Shown: piece by piece, positions 18,495-28,288 of the stretch | Layout of the letters: every line of letters starts with the position of its first letter | How positions within the stretch are numbered: the first letter of the stretch is position 1 | Source of the DNA: Acidimicrobiia bacterium | GTDB taxonomy: Bacteria; Actinomycetota; Acidimicrobiia; Spongiisociales; ZC4RG35 | NCBI GenBank assembly: GCA_025937235.1 | Contig: JAICRU010000004.1 | Location: 777 to 64,776, forward strand | DNA: 64,000 nt | Direction: 5' to 3' | Made by a program: the position numbers and the translations under genes | Notes under the pieces: generated by a model | What the model was told of the DNA's origin: nothing | The model's input: only the letters and a program-made list of their open reading frames with translations | Database searches by the model: none

Positions 18495-20222
18495 TCAGGG
18501 GATGATCGGAACCAGGAGGAAGGAATCGGTCTCACCTCCGACGTGGATGGTCACCTGACCCGAGAAGACATCTGCGGGCCGGTCGACGGGGTCGGCATGT
18601 TTGAACGGCCCTACCCCCCGTCCTGCATAGTGAAACTGGCGGGCGAAGTCAGACAGCTCTCCATCGTAGCGATAGTCGTTGCCCCGGACGCTCAGCCCGA
18701 GCCGGTAACCGGCCGGGATGACGATGCAGGTGGGCCAGATCTCCACGTCGAGCGGATAGATCTGCCCGGGGGAGAGCGGGTCTTCCCGATCGTGGGTGTG
18801 GTATGGGCGGTGGGGCAGGGTCTTCCCGGGGTCGAGGGCGCGATGGGAGGCGCGCAGCCATCCATGGGCGAGCGGCGTGTTGGGGTCCAGCGCGCCCATG
18901 AAGGTCACCTCATCTTCGTTCTCATCGAACAGCCGGACGATCAGGAACAGGTCGGCGTCCACCGTCTCCGATGAGACGTAGAGCCGGGCAGCCAGTGGCC
19001 CGGTCACCTCGGTCTCCTCGGCGAATGGCGAGGTGAAGAAGGTCAAACCGTCGCCGTCGGCCTCGTAGTCGATAGCGCCCGCCTCGGCTGCGGCCGAGGC
19101 CTCGAGCCCACGATCCGCAGTGAGGTGATAAGGCGCCCACTCGGTCCTGGCGAGAGGCCACTCGTTCTCGCTGCGATCGGTGAACGTGCCGTCGACATGA
19201 CGGACACGGACCAGGACCCGTGGCACCTGGTCCCACCCATTCTCCTCGCCTTTGAGGAAGTGGCCGAAGAATCGCTTCTGCAGGGCGACGCCGCGGTCGG
19301 TGTAGAAGTCCACCCAATGGGCGTCACCATGGATCTCCAGCCATTTGTGGGTGGCAGCGGACTGGCTGAAGGCCTCGACGTTGCCGCGGAGATGGAGGCC
19401 GTGGCCGCCCCAGTTCCCTGCCGACAGCATCGGAGTTGTCACCCGCGACCAGTCCGGGTTGCGCTCCAGGTACCAATCATCGATGAGCGGGCGGCTCCTC
19501 ACATCATGGCCTAGGTCCGCTCGCCTCCTCGCCAGCACGTCCGGCTCCTCGGTCTCCGGCCCTGACACCGTCTTGCCGGTGACCGCGCTACGGAATCCAC
19601 GCTCGCCGACACCGTGTTGGACCTTCTCCACCTGGCGCGGATACCAGTCCTCCGCGAACTGGCAGAGGATCCCGCCGTGGCGAGCGAAGTCCCGGTACCA
19701 GTCGGCGGCTCCTTCCCAGGGGCACATCGCCGCCAGGTGTGGAGGTTGGAGGGCCGCGACCTGGTATTGATTCATCGCGTAATAGGAGATCCCGGCCAGG
19801 CCGACGCGCCCATTGCTCCACGGCCGGGTCCCTGCCCATTCGATGCAGTCGAACAGATCGACCGCTTCTCGGCCCGACCAGACGTCCATGTACCCAGGAG
19901 AACGCCCCGTGCCTCTGGAGTCCACCCGGACGCAGACGTATCCGTCTGGCACCCATTTCTCAGGGTCGACCACCTCCCAGTTCTGATGGAGGTTGCTCGA
20001 CCCTTCTCCCACCTCCGGGTAGTGCTCGATCATGTAGTCCCACTGGCTCTGGTAGCCCTCCTGGAAGGCCAGCCCCTTCCCGTACGGGCCGTAGCTGAGG
20101 AGTGTCGGGTACTCGCCCTCTGCGACTGGGAGAAAGAGGTCGGCTCGCAGGACGACGCCGTCGTCCATAGGGATGGCGACGTCTCTCTCTATTCGCATGG
20201 GAACCTGCTCGATGACCGTCAT
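18495..20222 (-). CDS. CocE/NonD family hydrolase (peptidase S15-like)
   Basis: DGVVLRADLFLP, VRVDSRGTGRSPG and GISYYAMNQ (nucleophile elbow GxSY), plus a C-terminal beta-sandwich domain. Confidence 0.85.
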   Translation of the reverse strand: MTVIEQVPMRIERDVAIPMDDGVVLRADLFLPVAEGEYPTLLSYGPYGKGLAFQEGYQSQWDYMIEHYPEVGEGSSNLHQNWEVVDPEKWVPDGYVCVRVDSRGTGRSPGYMDVWSGREAVDLFDCIEWAGTRPWSNGRVGLAGISYYAMNQYQVAALQPPHLAAMCPWEGAADWYRDFARHGGILCQFAEDWYPRQVEKVQHGVGERGFRSAVTGKTVSGPETEEPDVLARRRADLGHDVRSRPLIDDWYLERNPDWSRVTTPMLSAGNWGGHGLHLRGNVEAFSQSAATHKWLEIHGDAHWVDFYTDRGVALQKRFFGHFLKGEENGWDQVPRVLVRVRHVDGTFTDRSENEWPLARTEWAPYHLTADRGLEASAAAEAGAIDYEADGDGLTFFTSPFAEETEVTGPLAARLYVSSETVDADLFLIVRLFDENEDEVTFMGALDPNTPLAHGWLRASHRALDPGKTLPHRPYHTHDREDPLSPGQIYPLDVEIWPTCIVIPAGYRLGLSVRGNDYRYDGELSDFARQFHYAGRGVGPFKHADPVDRPADVFSGQVTIHVGGETDSFLLVPIIP

Positions 20223-20267
20223 TTTGCTATCACTTCCCCGGTCGACGTCTGAGGCCCGGTGACTCCT

Positions 20268-21809
20268 TCAGCCCTCGCCGAGAACACTGTCGAGAGCTTG
20301 CGGATCCTGTTCGGCCAGGGCCTGCTCGGCGCGGAGCGACTCGATGTCCCGATAGATGGTGGCAACCGCCTGGATGACTCCGTCCTTGCGGTAACCGATC
20401 ATCACGTCACGCTCGGAGGGGTCCCCGACGACCACCTCGTCATCCCACTCCTTGACATGGCCTACGACGTTGATGGGCACGTCGTAATGCTGACTCCAGA
20501 AGAAGGGCGGGTCGGTGAAAGCCAGATCATGCCCGAGCATGTTCCGCGCCACCGCCTGTCCCTGGCGTTCGGCCAGCACCCAGTGCTCGATTCGCACCCG
20601 TCCCGCGTTCTGATCCGGGTAAGACGCGACATCACCCGCCGCCCAGACATGGGGATTGCTGGAGCGCATCCGGTCGTCGACGATGATGCCATCCTCGACA
20701 TCGAGGCCCGCATCTTCGGCGAGCCCGGTCCTCGGTTTCACGCCGACGCCTACGACGACCAGCTCGGCGGGAATCCGGTCTCCGTCGTCGAGCTGGACTG
20801 CGTCGGCTTCGATCGCCGACACGGTTCTACCCAAGCGGAACTCCACCCCGTGCTCCTCGTGCAGGTCCTGCACGAATCGCCCCATCAGCTCTCCCACGAT
20901 CGGGGCCAGAGGGATGTCTTCTGGCGCCACGACGGTGACGTCGATGTCCCGCCGCCGAAGAGAGGCTGCGACCTCGAGCCCGATGAATCCCGCTCCGATC
21001 ACAACGGCCTTCGAGATGGCGTCCAGGGCAGCGATGACGGCTCGACTGTCCTCGAGCGTTCGCACGTAGTGGACGTGGGGCTGATCGGCCCCGGTCACGG
21101 GAAGGCGCCGCGGCTCGGCGCCGGTCGCGAGGAGCAGCGCCCCGTACCCGATCTCCCGGCCGTTTTCCAGGCTCACGGTCCGCCCCGCGGTGTCGATGCC
21201 GGTCACCTCGGTCCCGGAGATCAGCGTGATGTCATGCTCCTCGTAGAAGCCGGGGCTGCGCAGGGGCATCCAATCCTCGGAAGCGGTGCCGGCCAGGTAG
21301 TCCTTCGACACGTTGGGGCGATCGATGGGTGGCTCGACGCCGATCATCGTGACCGGGCCCCCGTACCCCTCACGCCGCAACATCTCGGCGGCGGCGGCAC
21401 CTGCAGCGCCCGAACCGACGATCACCACCGAGTCGGGAGAGGTCGGTGGCGTCCGCTCCGGGACCGGGGCCTCTACCGGGCCCGTCACGTAGATGTGTCC
21501 GTCCCGCTCCTCGGGGTTGTACACCCTGATCGAGTCGAGGGCCGGTGCCCCCACCGCCTCGCCGGTGGTGAGATCGAACCGGGCGTGATGCCACGGGCAG
21601 CGGACCTGGCCGTCGACACAGAGACCATCACCGAGCGGGCCGCCATAGTGTGTGCAGCTGCCGGCCACGGCGCGCAGGCCGTCGGCGGTGCGGACGACGA
21701 TCACCTGCATGCCGTCGACCTGGCCTTTGACGGGGACGTCGAGGACCAGGTCATCGGCGGGGACGCCCTCCTCGATCAGGTCGGGGCCGGTCACCTTGCT
21801 CTCGGCCAT
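20268..21809 (-). CDS. Rieske [2Fe-2S] domain fused to FAD-dependent pyridine nucleotide-disulfide oxidoreductase
   Basis: N-terminal CTHYGGPL...CPWHHARF Rieske ligands, followed by VVIVGSGAAGAAAAEMLR and VVIGAGFIGLEVAA dinucleotide-binding motifs. Confidence 0.88.
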   Translation of the reverse strand: MAESKVTGPDLIEEGVPADDLVLDVPVKGQVDGMQVIVVRTADGLRAVAGSCTHYGGPLGDGLCVDGQVRCPWHHARFDLTTGEAVGAPALDSIRVYNPEERDGHIYVTGPVEAPVPERTPPTSPDSVVIVGSGAAGAAAAEMLRREGYGGPVTMIGVEPPIDRPNVSKDYLAGTASEDWMPLRSPGFYEEHDITLISGTEVTGIDTAGRTVSLENGREIGYGALLLATGAEPRRLPVTGADQPHVHYVRTLEDSRAVIAALDAISKAVVIGAGFIGLEVAASLRRRDIDVTVVAPEDIPLAPIVGELMGRFVQDLHEEHGVEFRLGRTVSAIEADAVQLDDGDRIPAELVVVGVGVKPRTGLAEDAGLDVEDGIIVDDRMRSSNPHVWAAGDVASYPDQNAGRVRIEHWVLAERQGQAVARNMLGHDLAFTDPPFFWSQHYDVPINVVGHVKEWDDEVVVGDPSERDVMIGYRKDGVIQAVATIYRDIESLRAEQALAEQDPQALDSVLGEG

Positions 21810-21869
21810 CAGATGTCCTTTCGCTCCGTTCTTTCAACCATAGCTATGACTTTTAGAACGACGGAATGG

Positions 21870-22661
21870 TCAACTGTCGGCCCTGTACACCAGACCCAGC
21901 CCTCCGGCGGAGGTGACAGTGAGGAGATCCCCTTCGACCCTTGCTCGGAAGCCGTCACCCAGTACCGACACGACCTGGCTGTCCTGCTCGAAGAGGTCGG
22001 CCGGGCAATCGCCCTCTGCGGCCATCTCGGGCATGGTCACCTCCGCACCGCTCACGACGTATATGCCATGGAGGTCGCGGCATCCGGTCGACCCGAGCAT
22101 CGACCCGTCGGTGTACAGCTCGAGGGTGGCCCGATCGCCATCCACACTGGACACCGAGTCTGCGTCGATCAGGCTCTCCAGCACCCACACCGTCCCGGTG
22201 AGCTCCGATGTGGGCACCGGGGGGATCGCGCCGAAGACGAGCTCGACGCCATCGCCGGTGAGGGTCAGGAGCCCGGTTGTGATGGAGAAGGCCCGCACCC
22301 GAGGCAGGGCGCCCAGATAGCGCTGCTCCGCCACCATGACCTGCTCGGGGCTGCACGCCATCTCGGTAGCCCCCAGGCCGGAGAATGAGATCTCCGTTCC
22401 CGATATCGACACTGTCCCGAAGTATCCATTGCATGCCGCAGTGCCGCTCGCCGCGTCGCCGGTGATGGTCAGGGTGATGGGGTGATCGTCGGCCGGGGTC
22501 AGGTCGTCCCCGTCGACGGTTCCCGATTTCAGCTCCCATGGAGTGCCTGCCGGGTTCTCACCTGTCTGCGGGGCGTCTCCACCCGGTTGAGCCGGGTCGG
22601 CACAGGCGGCGATCAGAATCGTCAGACAGGCGAGCGCTCTTGTGAGCCGGCCGGGCACCAT
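21870..22661 (-). CDS. lipoprotein with two META (HslJ-like) domains
   Basis: Lipobox LTILIAACAD. Two copies of the W.L..G....ACN.YFG...G..L.F pattern (AACNGYFGTVSISGTEISF and a second C-terminal half). ATG at 22661. Confidence 0.7.
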   Translation of the reverse strand: MVPGRLTRALACLTILIAACADPAQPGGDAPQTGENPAGTPWELKSGTVDGDDLTPADDHPITLTITGDAASGTAACNGYFGTVSISGTEISFSGLGATEMACSPEQVMVAEQRYLGALPRVRAFSITTGLLTLTGDGVELVFGAIPPVPTSELTGTVWVLESLIDADSVSSVDGDRATLELYTDGSMLGSTGCRDLHGIYVVSGAEVTMPEMAAEGDCPADLFEQDSQVVSVLGDGFRARVEGDLLTVTSAGGLGLVYRADS

Positions 22662-22668
22662 GGTCGGA

Positions 22669-23109
22669 TCAGGAGGTGGCCGCCGACTCGTCGACCACGA
22701 AAACGAGGTCAACCCCCTCCCCGGTCAGGTTCAGCTCCTCGTTCTCGAGTGTGAAGATCTCCACCAGACCCAGGGAGGCGAGGAATGCCGTCTCCGAGTT
22801 CATCACGCTCTCGTCGGCACAAGCCATCATCGTCCCCCCAAGATCGGAGAAGGTGAGCTCGTTGCCCGAGAGGGTGTAGCCGCCGAACCATTGATTGCAG
22901 GCGGACTTCCCTCCGGCGGTGCCCTCGGGCTGGTCGAAGATCAGAGTGATGGGAAAACCCTCCACGATGGGGATGTCCCCGCCATCGAGCGTGCCCGCTT
23001 GCAGCAGCCATGCCTCGGACGTCGGGTCGGTAGCGGCCTCCTCACCCGGGTCGGCACAGGCTCCGATCAGGATGGCGAGCAAGGTCACGGCGAGCAGAGT
23101 CTCTCTCAT
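22669..23109 (-). CDS. lipoprotein with single META (HslJ-like) domain
   Basis: Lipobox LAILIGACAD. WLLQAGTLDG...SACNQWFGGYTLSGNELTFSDLGGTMMAC. Paralogue of the downstream gene. Confidence 0.7.
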   Translation of the reverse strand: MRETLLAVTLLAILIGACADPGEEAATDPTSEAWLLQAGTLDGGDIPIVEGFPITLIFDQPEGTAGGKSACNQWFGGYTLSGNELTFSDLGGTMMACADESVMNSETAFLASLGLVEIFTLENEELNLTGEGVDLVFVVDESAATS

Positions 23110-23146
23110 GGCTGGTTCGACGCTACGCGGGGCCAGGTCGGTTCCG

Positions 23147-24025
23147 TCAGATGAGGAGCCCGGCGGCGAGAGTGAGGCCGGTCCAGAGATGGAGGCGGGC
23201 GGTCATCTTGAGCGCCCGGATCAACGATGGCCCGTCGCTCTTCCCATACATGATGCGAACCGGGCCCATCGCGTAGGGAGCGAGCAGGGCGGCGAAAATC
23301 GTGGGCAGCGGGGTGAGGCCCGTGGCGGCAAACGCTGCGATCAGGGCCATGGCCCCGTAGACGAGTGCCGTGAACAAGGCCCTGGTGCGCTCCCGCCCCA
23401 GGATCACGGCGAGGGTCCGCTTCCCGGCCGCCCGGTCGGTGTCGAGGTCCCGATAGTTGTTGACCACGAGGATGGCGGCGGCGAGGAGGCCCACCGGGAT
23501 GGAGAGAAGCCACGCCGCCCGCGGAGCCGTCATGTCGTGGACATAGCGGCTTCCCACGGTGGCCACCACACCGAAGAAGATGAATACGAAGACCTCACCC
23601 AGACCCCGGTAACCGTAGGGGAATGGCCCTCCGACATAGCCGAGCATGGCGACGATCGAAAGGACCCCGACGACCAGGATCGCCGGCCCGGCGATGACCG
23701 TGAGGGCCAGCCCGGCGACCGCGGCGGCGATCAGGGCCAGGGCGACACCTGCCCACATCTGCTGCGCGGTGATGCGCCCGGCTGACACCATCCGTGGCGG
23801 ACCAATTCGCTCCGCCGGATCAGCGCCCCGTCGAGCATCCGAAACGTCATTGGCGAAGTTGGCCGCGACCTGGATGGCGAGGGCGGCGGCGAGCGCAAGC
23901 AGGAAGGCATCCCACCTGAACACACCGTCGTGGGCGGCAAGGGCCGATCCCACCACCACTGGGACCACCGCTGCAGGAAGGGTGTGTGCCCGCGCTGCGG
24001 TCCGCCAGTCCTGGAGCGTGGTCAC
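23147..24025 (-). CDS. menA: 1,4-dihydroxy-2-naphthoate polyprenyltransferase
   Basis: UbiA-type polytopic protein. AANFANDVSDARRGAD (NxxxDxxxD), YRDLDTDRAAGKRTLAV. GTG at 24025 lies 4 nt after the menB stop. Confidence 0.85.
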   Translation of the reverse strand: MTTLQDWRTAARAHTLPAAVVPVVVGSALAAHDGVFRWDAFLLALAAALAIQVAANFANDVSDARRGADPAERIGPPRMVSAGRITAQQMWAGVALALIAAAVAGLALTVIAGPAILVVGVLSIVAMLGYVGGPFPYGYRGLGEVFVFIFFGVVATVGSRYVHDMTAPRAAWLLSIPVGLLAAAILVVNNYRDLDTDRAAGKRTLAVILGRERTRALFTALVYGAMALIAAFAATGLTPLPTIFAALLAPYAMGPVRIMYGKSDGPSLIRALKMTARLHLWTGLTLAAGLLI

Positions 24026-24029
24026 CTGG

Positions 24030-24977
24030 TCAGTAGTGCCAGGGATACTGACCGAAGTCGGGATCCCGTTTCTCGAGGAACGCGTCGCGACCCTCTTTGG
24101 CCTCATCGGTCATATACCCGAGACGGGTGGCCTCGCCCGCGAAGATCTGCTGGCCGACGAGGCCGTCGTCGATCAAGTTGAAGGCGAACTTGAGCATGCG
24201 CTGGGCCGTCGGGCTCTTCGTCGTGATCTCGACCCCCCATTCCAAGGCCACCTCCTCCAGCTTCTCGTGAGGGATCACTGCGTTGACCATCCCCATCTGG
24301 TGGGCCTCGGCTGCCGAGTACTCACGGCCAAGGAAGAAGATCTCCCGGGCCCGTTTCTGGCCTATCTGCCGTGCCAGGTAAGCCGACCCGTACCCGGCGT
24401 CGTACGAGGCGACATCGGCGTCGGTTTGTTTGAAGATGGCGTGCTCCCGCGAGGCCAGAGTCAGGTCACATACCACGTGAAGGGAATGACCCCCCCCCAC
24501 GGCCCATCCCGGGACGACGGCGATGACCACCTTGGGCATGAACCGGATGAGGCGCTGCACTTCCAGGATGTGGAGACGGCCCAGCCGCGCCTGGTCGACG
24601 CTGTCGGCCTCCTCACCGCTGGCGTACTGATACCCATCCCTGCCTCTGATCCGCTGGTCCCCTCCCGAGCAGAAGGCCCACCTCCCGTCTTTGGGCGATG
24701 GCCCGTTCCCGGTGAGGAGGACACAGCCGACGTTGGCTGACTGGCGGGCGTGGTCGAGGGCTGCGAACAGCTCGTCCACCGTTTGAGGGCGAAATGCATT
24801 TCGCACCTCGGGTCGGTCGAAGGCGACCCGCACCACCCCGTGCCCGATCGCCTTGTGATATGTGATGTCGGTGAACTCGAACCCCGGCACCACGTCCCAG
24901 ATCGATTCGTCGAAGAGCGCAGAGACCACCCGCGCAGGATACGAGAGGGGACCGTTCTGTGGAGATTCTTGGGCCAC
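24030..24977 (-). CDS. menB: 1,4-dihydroxy-2-naphthoyl-CoA synthase
   Basis: FTDITYHKA, VLLTGNG...AFCSGGDQ, VPGWAVGGGHSLHVVCDLT and the C-terminal DPDFGQYPWHY are classic MenB. The start is either GTG 24977 or GTG 24929. Confidence 0.92.
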   Translation of the reverse strand: MAQESPQNGPLSYPARVVSALFDESIWDVVPGFEFTDITYHKAIGHGVVRVAFDRPEVRNAFRPQTVDELFAALDHARQSANVGCVLLTGNGPSPKDGRWAFCSGGDQRIRGRDGYQYASGEEADSVDQARLGRLHILEVQRLIRFMPKVVIAVVPGWAVGGGHSLHVVCDLTLASREHAIFKQTDADVASYDAGYGSAYLARQIGQKRAREIFFLGREYSAAEAHQMGMVNAVIPHEKLEEVALEWGVEITTKSPTAQRMLKFAFNLIDDGLVGQQIFAGEATRLGYMTDEAKEGRDAFLEKRDPDFGQYPWHY

Positions 24978-25010
24978 ATGAGCACAATTCGATGAGAGGA
25001 TGGTGGCCAG

Positions 25011-26201
25011 ATGCTCGACTGGCTGAAGCGACACGACCCGGGACGGGTTTTCCTGGAGACGGCAGGGGACAGCCTGAGCTACGGCGAGATGGTGAGGGCA
25101 GTCGAAGGGCGGGCTGTGACCGGGACCGAAGTCATCCACCCAGGGCTTGACATTGCATCCGTGGTCGACATATTGGCTGTCGTCTCCCGAGGTTCGGCCG
25201 TGCTTGCGGGTGACGACCTCGACCCGGGCCCGGTCGATCATGTCGGGGCGGCCAGCGTGATGTTCACTTCGGGGACCACAGGTGGGAGGAAGGGAGTTCG
25301 TCTCACCAGGGAGAACTGGATAGCGGCGGCCGATGCCTCCATGCGCCACCTCGGTCATGGGCCCGACGATGTCTGGCTTCTGGCGATGCCACTGCATCAC
25401 GTCGCCGGGCTCTCCATCCTGCTCAGATCGGCCTACGCGGGAGGGAGCGTCCGGATGCTCGACCGCTTCGATCCTCGGGCCTATGCAGCAGAACTGCACA
25501 AGGGGGTGACGATGGCCTCGATGGTGCCGACGATGCTGGCACGGGTCCTCGACGTCGACACCCGCACCCACGACGGCCTCAGGGCCGTACTGCTCGGAGG
25601 TGGGCCGATACCCGAAAGCCTTCTGGAGAGAGGGCTCGCCACCGGTCTGCCGTTGCTTCCCACCTACGGGCTTACCGAGACGGCGGGGCAAATCGCCACC
25701 CTCCGGCCCGGAGACCCTCCAACCAACCGGGCGCATCCCTTGCCCGGGGCCGAGTTGCGGATCGGGCCGGACGGCCGTATCGCCGTGCGCGGCCCGATGG
25801 TGAGCCCCGGTTATGTCGGGGAGCCGGAGCGAAGGGGTGACTGGCTGGTGACAGGTGACCTTGGCTCCATCGACGAGGACGGCGCCCTGCGTGTCCTCGG
25901 CCGGGCCGACACGGTCATCGTGAGTGGGGGTGAGAACATAGACCCGGAGATGGTCGAGGCCGAGATCGCCTCCCTGCCCGGTGTGGACGGCGCACTGGTG
26001 GTGGGCCTACCCAGCCGGGAGTGGGGGATGGAGTCGGCTTGCCTCTACGTCGGCGATATCGGCGAGGGTGAGGTGGCGATGCAGCTGAGGGAGAGGCTGC
26101 CCGGGTTCATGATTCCCAAACGCTGGCTCAGGGTGTCTCAGCTGCCCGTGACTGCGATCGGGAAGCCGGACCGGATTGCCGCAGCGCGTTCCTTCAGCTG
26201 A
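25011..26201 (+). CDS. menE: o-succinylbenzoate--CoA ligase (AMP-binding)
   Basis: FTSGTTGGRKGVRLT AMP-binding motif, YGLTETAG, and short (396 aa) MenE-type architecture. Divergent from menB. Confidence 0.8.
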   Translation: MLDWLKRHDPGRVFLETAGDSLSYGEMVRAVEGRAVTGTEVIHPGLDIASVVDILAVVSRGSAVLAGDDLDPGPVDHVGAASVMFTSGTTGGRKGVRLTRENWIAAADASMRHLGHGPDDVWLLAMPLHHVAGLSILLRSAYAGGSVRMLDRFDPRAYAAELHKGVTMASMVPTMLARVLDVDTRTHDGLRAVLLGGGPIPESLLERGLATGLPLLPTYGLTETAGQIATLRPGDPPTNRAHPLPGAELRIGPDGRIAVRGPMVSPGYVGEPERRGDWLVTGDLGSIDEDGALRVLGRADTVIVSGGENIDPEMVEAEIASLPGVDGALVVGLPSREWGMESACLYVGDIGEGEVAMQLRERLPGFMIPKRWLRVSQLPVTAIGKPDRIAAARSFS

Positions 26202-26844
26202 CTCGCAGCGCGATCATCACCCCTTCCCGGAAGGGGAAGGCGGCCGACTCGAAGTCCGGGTCGGCCGCCACGTGGCGGTTGAACTCGTCGGTCCCATGGC
26301 CTTGGTCGATCCAACCCTCTCCGGTTCCATAGACGTTGTCGGCGATGACCAGCCCACCGACAGGGATAAGGGATCGGACGGCCTCGAAATAACCAACGTA
26401 CTCCGACTTGATGGCGTCGAGGAAGAGCACGTCGACGTCCACCGTCCCCAGCTCGCCGGGCAGCCGAGCGAGCACCTCCAGGCCTGCGCCGATGCGGAGG
26501 TCGACCCGATCCGAGATGCCGGCCTTCACGAACTGTTCTGCTGCGAATTGGGCGTGCGAGGGCTCGTATTCGATGGTGATGAGACGCCCGTCAGGCCTGA
26601 GTCCCCGGGTCAGCCAGATTCCCGAGTACCCGGCGAGGGTTCCCACCTCGACTGCGAGCCGCCCCTCGGTCATCGAGGTGAGGATCATCAAGAGACGTCC
26701 GACATCGGGGCCCACCGCGATGGCGGGCAGGCCCGCGCTGACGGCTTGATCCATCAATCCGGCCAGATGCTCGTCTTGTGAGCCGAACACCTCGCGGGAG
26801 TACCGGTTTATGAAGTCCCAGGTCTGGTCGGTCATGGTCGCCAT
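26194..26844 (-). CDS. class I SAM-dependent O-methyltransferase (family 3, CCoAOMT-like)
   Basis: LAVEVGTLAGYSGIWL, VDVLFLDAIKSEY and GGLVIADNV match O-methyltransferase family 3. The 3' end overlaps the menE 3' end by 8 nt (convergent). Confidence 0.8.
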   Translation of the reverse strand: MATMTDQTWDFINRYSREVFGSQDEHLAGLMDQAVSAGLPAIAVGPDVGRLLMILTSMTEGRLAVEVGTLAGYSGIWLTRGLRPDGRLITIEYEPSHAQFAAEQFVKAGISDRVDLRIGAGLEVLARLPGELGTVDVDVLFLDAIKSEYVGYFEAVRSLIPVGGLVIADNVYGTGEGWIDQGHGTDEFNRHVAADPDFESAAFPFREGVMIALRVS

Positions 26845-26873
26845 GTGGCGACCTTAGGGCCGCAAGTCGGCGT

Positions 26874-27821
26874 CTAGGCGGCCCTCATGTCCTCGATGGA
26901 CCTGAGATCCGCGGCGAGGAGCGCCAGCGCCTCGGTGACCAATTCGCGTACCTCGGTCTCGGGCACTCCGGTCACATCGGAGACCGTGGAGAACGCAGCC
27001 GGAGCGCCGTCGGTGAAGCCGAAACGTAGCTCGAGCACCTGCCGGTGCAGCTCGGGTAGATGGGCAAGACCGGCCCGAAGCGTGTCCTCCACGATCCTGT
27101 ACTCGACCTCGGTGGCCGGGTCGATTGCTTCCGAGTCGGTGATGAAATCGCCCAGCAGGGCACCATCCTCGCCGACCGGGGTCTCCAATGCGACCGTCGT
27201 CGCCACGGACAGCGCCTTCTCGACGTCGACCACAGCCACACCGGTGAGGTCTGAGATCTCCTCGGCGGTAGCGACCCGTCCCAGCTTGGTTCGCAGCTCG
27301 TCGGCGGCGCCCCGGACGACCGGGATGATGTCGAAGAGAGCAGAGGGGATGTGGATGGTGTCGCTCTGATCGGCACGGGCGCGTTGCAGCGCCTGGCGGA
27401 TCCACCAGGTGGCATAGGTGGAGAACTTGAACCCCCTCCGCCAGTCGAACTTCTCGACAGCCCTGATCAGCCCCAGGTTGCCCTCCTGGATCAGGTCGAG
27501 CATCTCGACGTTGGGCCCGGCGTAGAGGCGGGCGTTGGACACGACGAGACGCAGGTTGGCCTCGATGAACTCTTGACGGGCCCGGGAGCCCTCGCGGGCG
27601 GCGCGCTGTAGACGGACCCTCTCGGACGCGTCCTCGACGCCGGCCTCCAGAGCGGCGCGGGCATCAGACCCGGCCTCCATTGCCTGTGCCAGTCTGACCT
27701 CGTCCTCGGCGGTGAGCAGGGGCCTACCACCGATCCCTGACAGGTAGTGGCTCAGGGAATCGCTGGTGAGACGCCCCGTCTCGTCGACGAGTGAAGCGTG
27801 TCTCTTCTCTGCGTTACGCAT
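26874..27821 (-). CDS. RpoD-family RNA polymerase sigma factor (group 1/2-like, short N-terminus)
   Basis: IQEGNLGLIRAVEKFDWRRGFKFSTYATWWIRQALQRA (region 2) and region 4 HRQVLELRFG. ATG at 27821, chosen because the longer ORF would overlap arfB. Confidence 0.88.
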   Translation of the reverse strand: MRNAEKRHASLVDETGRLTSDSLSHYLSGIGGRPLLTAEDEVRLAQAMEAGSDARAALEAGVEDASERVRLQRAAREGSRARQEFIEANLRLVVSNARLYAGPNVEMLDLIQEGNLGLIRAVEKFDWRRGFKFSTYATWWIRQALQRARADQSDTIHIPSALFDIIPVVRGAADELRTKLGRVATAEEISDLTGVAVVDVEKALSVATTVALETPVGEDGALLGDFITDSEAIDPATEVEYRIVEDTLRAGLAHLPELHRQVLELRFGFTDGAPAAFSTVSDVTGVPETEVRELVTEALALLAADLRSIEDMRAA

Positions 27822-27880
27822 GGTCTGCACACACCATCGAACGTAGGTTCGCAGCCGGTAATTCCAAGATCTCGCCTCGT

Positions 27881-28288
27881 TCAGTCCCGATCGGGCCGCT
27901 GGCGGGCCTTTTTCTTCTCGCTTTGGGCCTTCTTGTCGGCGAGACGGCGCTCCTTCGCCGCCTTGGGTGCCTTGGTCTTCTTGCGAGGCTTGGCTTCCAC
28001 CAGGGCCGTCTCGAGGCGCTCGGTGAGACGCTGCCTGGCGATCTCGCGATTGCGCCACTGCGATCGGGTGTCGGACGCATAAGCCTCCACCACCGGCCCC
28101 AGCTCGAGGACCAGTCTCTGCTGAACAGGCCGGGGAAGAGATGAGGCTGTGATGTCGAAACGAATGGTGACTGCCGTTTCGGTCTTGTTGGCGTGCTGGC
28201 CACCGGGCCCGCCGGGAGTGTCGAATCGCTCTTCGATCTCGCCTTCAGGGATCGACCATTCCCCGAATTCGATCACGTGGTCGGTCAC
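27881..28288 (-). CDS. arfB: alternative ribosome-rescue factor ArfB (peptidyl-tRNA hydrolase, RF-1 domain)
   Basis: GPGGQHANKTETAV GGQ motif and a Lys/Arg-rich C-terminal tail. The GTG overlaps the ino1 TGA (GTGA). Confidence 0.88.
   Translation of the reverse strand: MTDHVIEFGEWSIPEGEIEERFDTPGGPGGQHANKTETAVTIRFDITASSLPRPVQQRLVLELGPVVEAYASDTRSQWRNREIARQRLTERLETALVEAKPRKKTKAPKAAKERRLADKKAQSEKKKARQRPDRD

Noticed and set aside
26194-26201. Convergent 3'-end overlaps (menE/O-methyltransferase 26194..26201; cobO/cyclase-STAND 43777..43783) as possible antisense regulation
   Set aside because: Overlaps of 7 to 8 nt between convergent stop regions are common in compact GC-rich genomes. No associated structure was seen.
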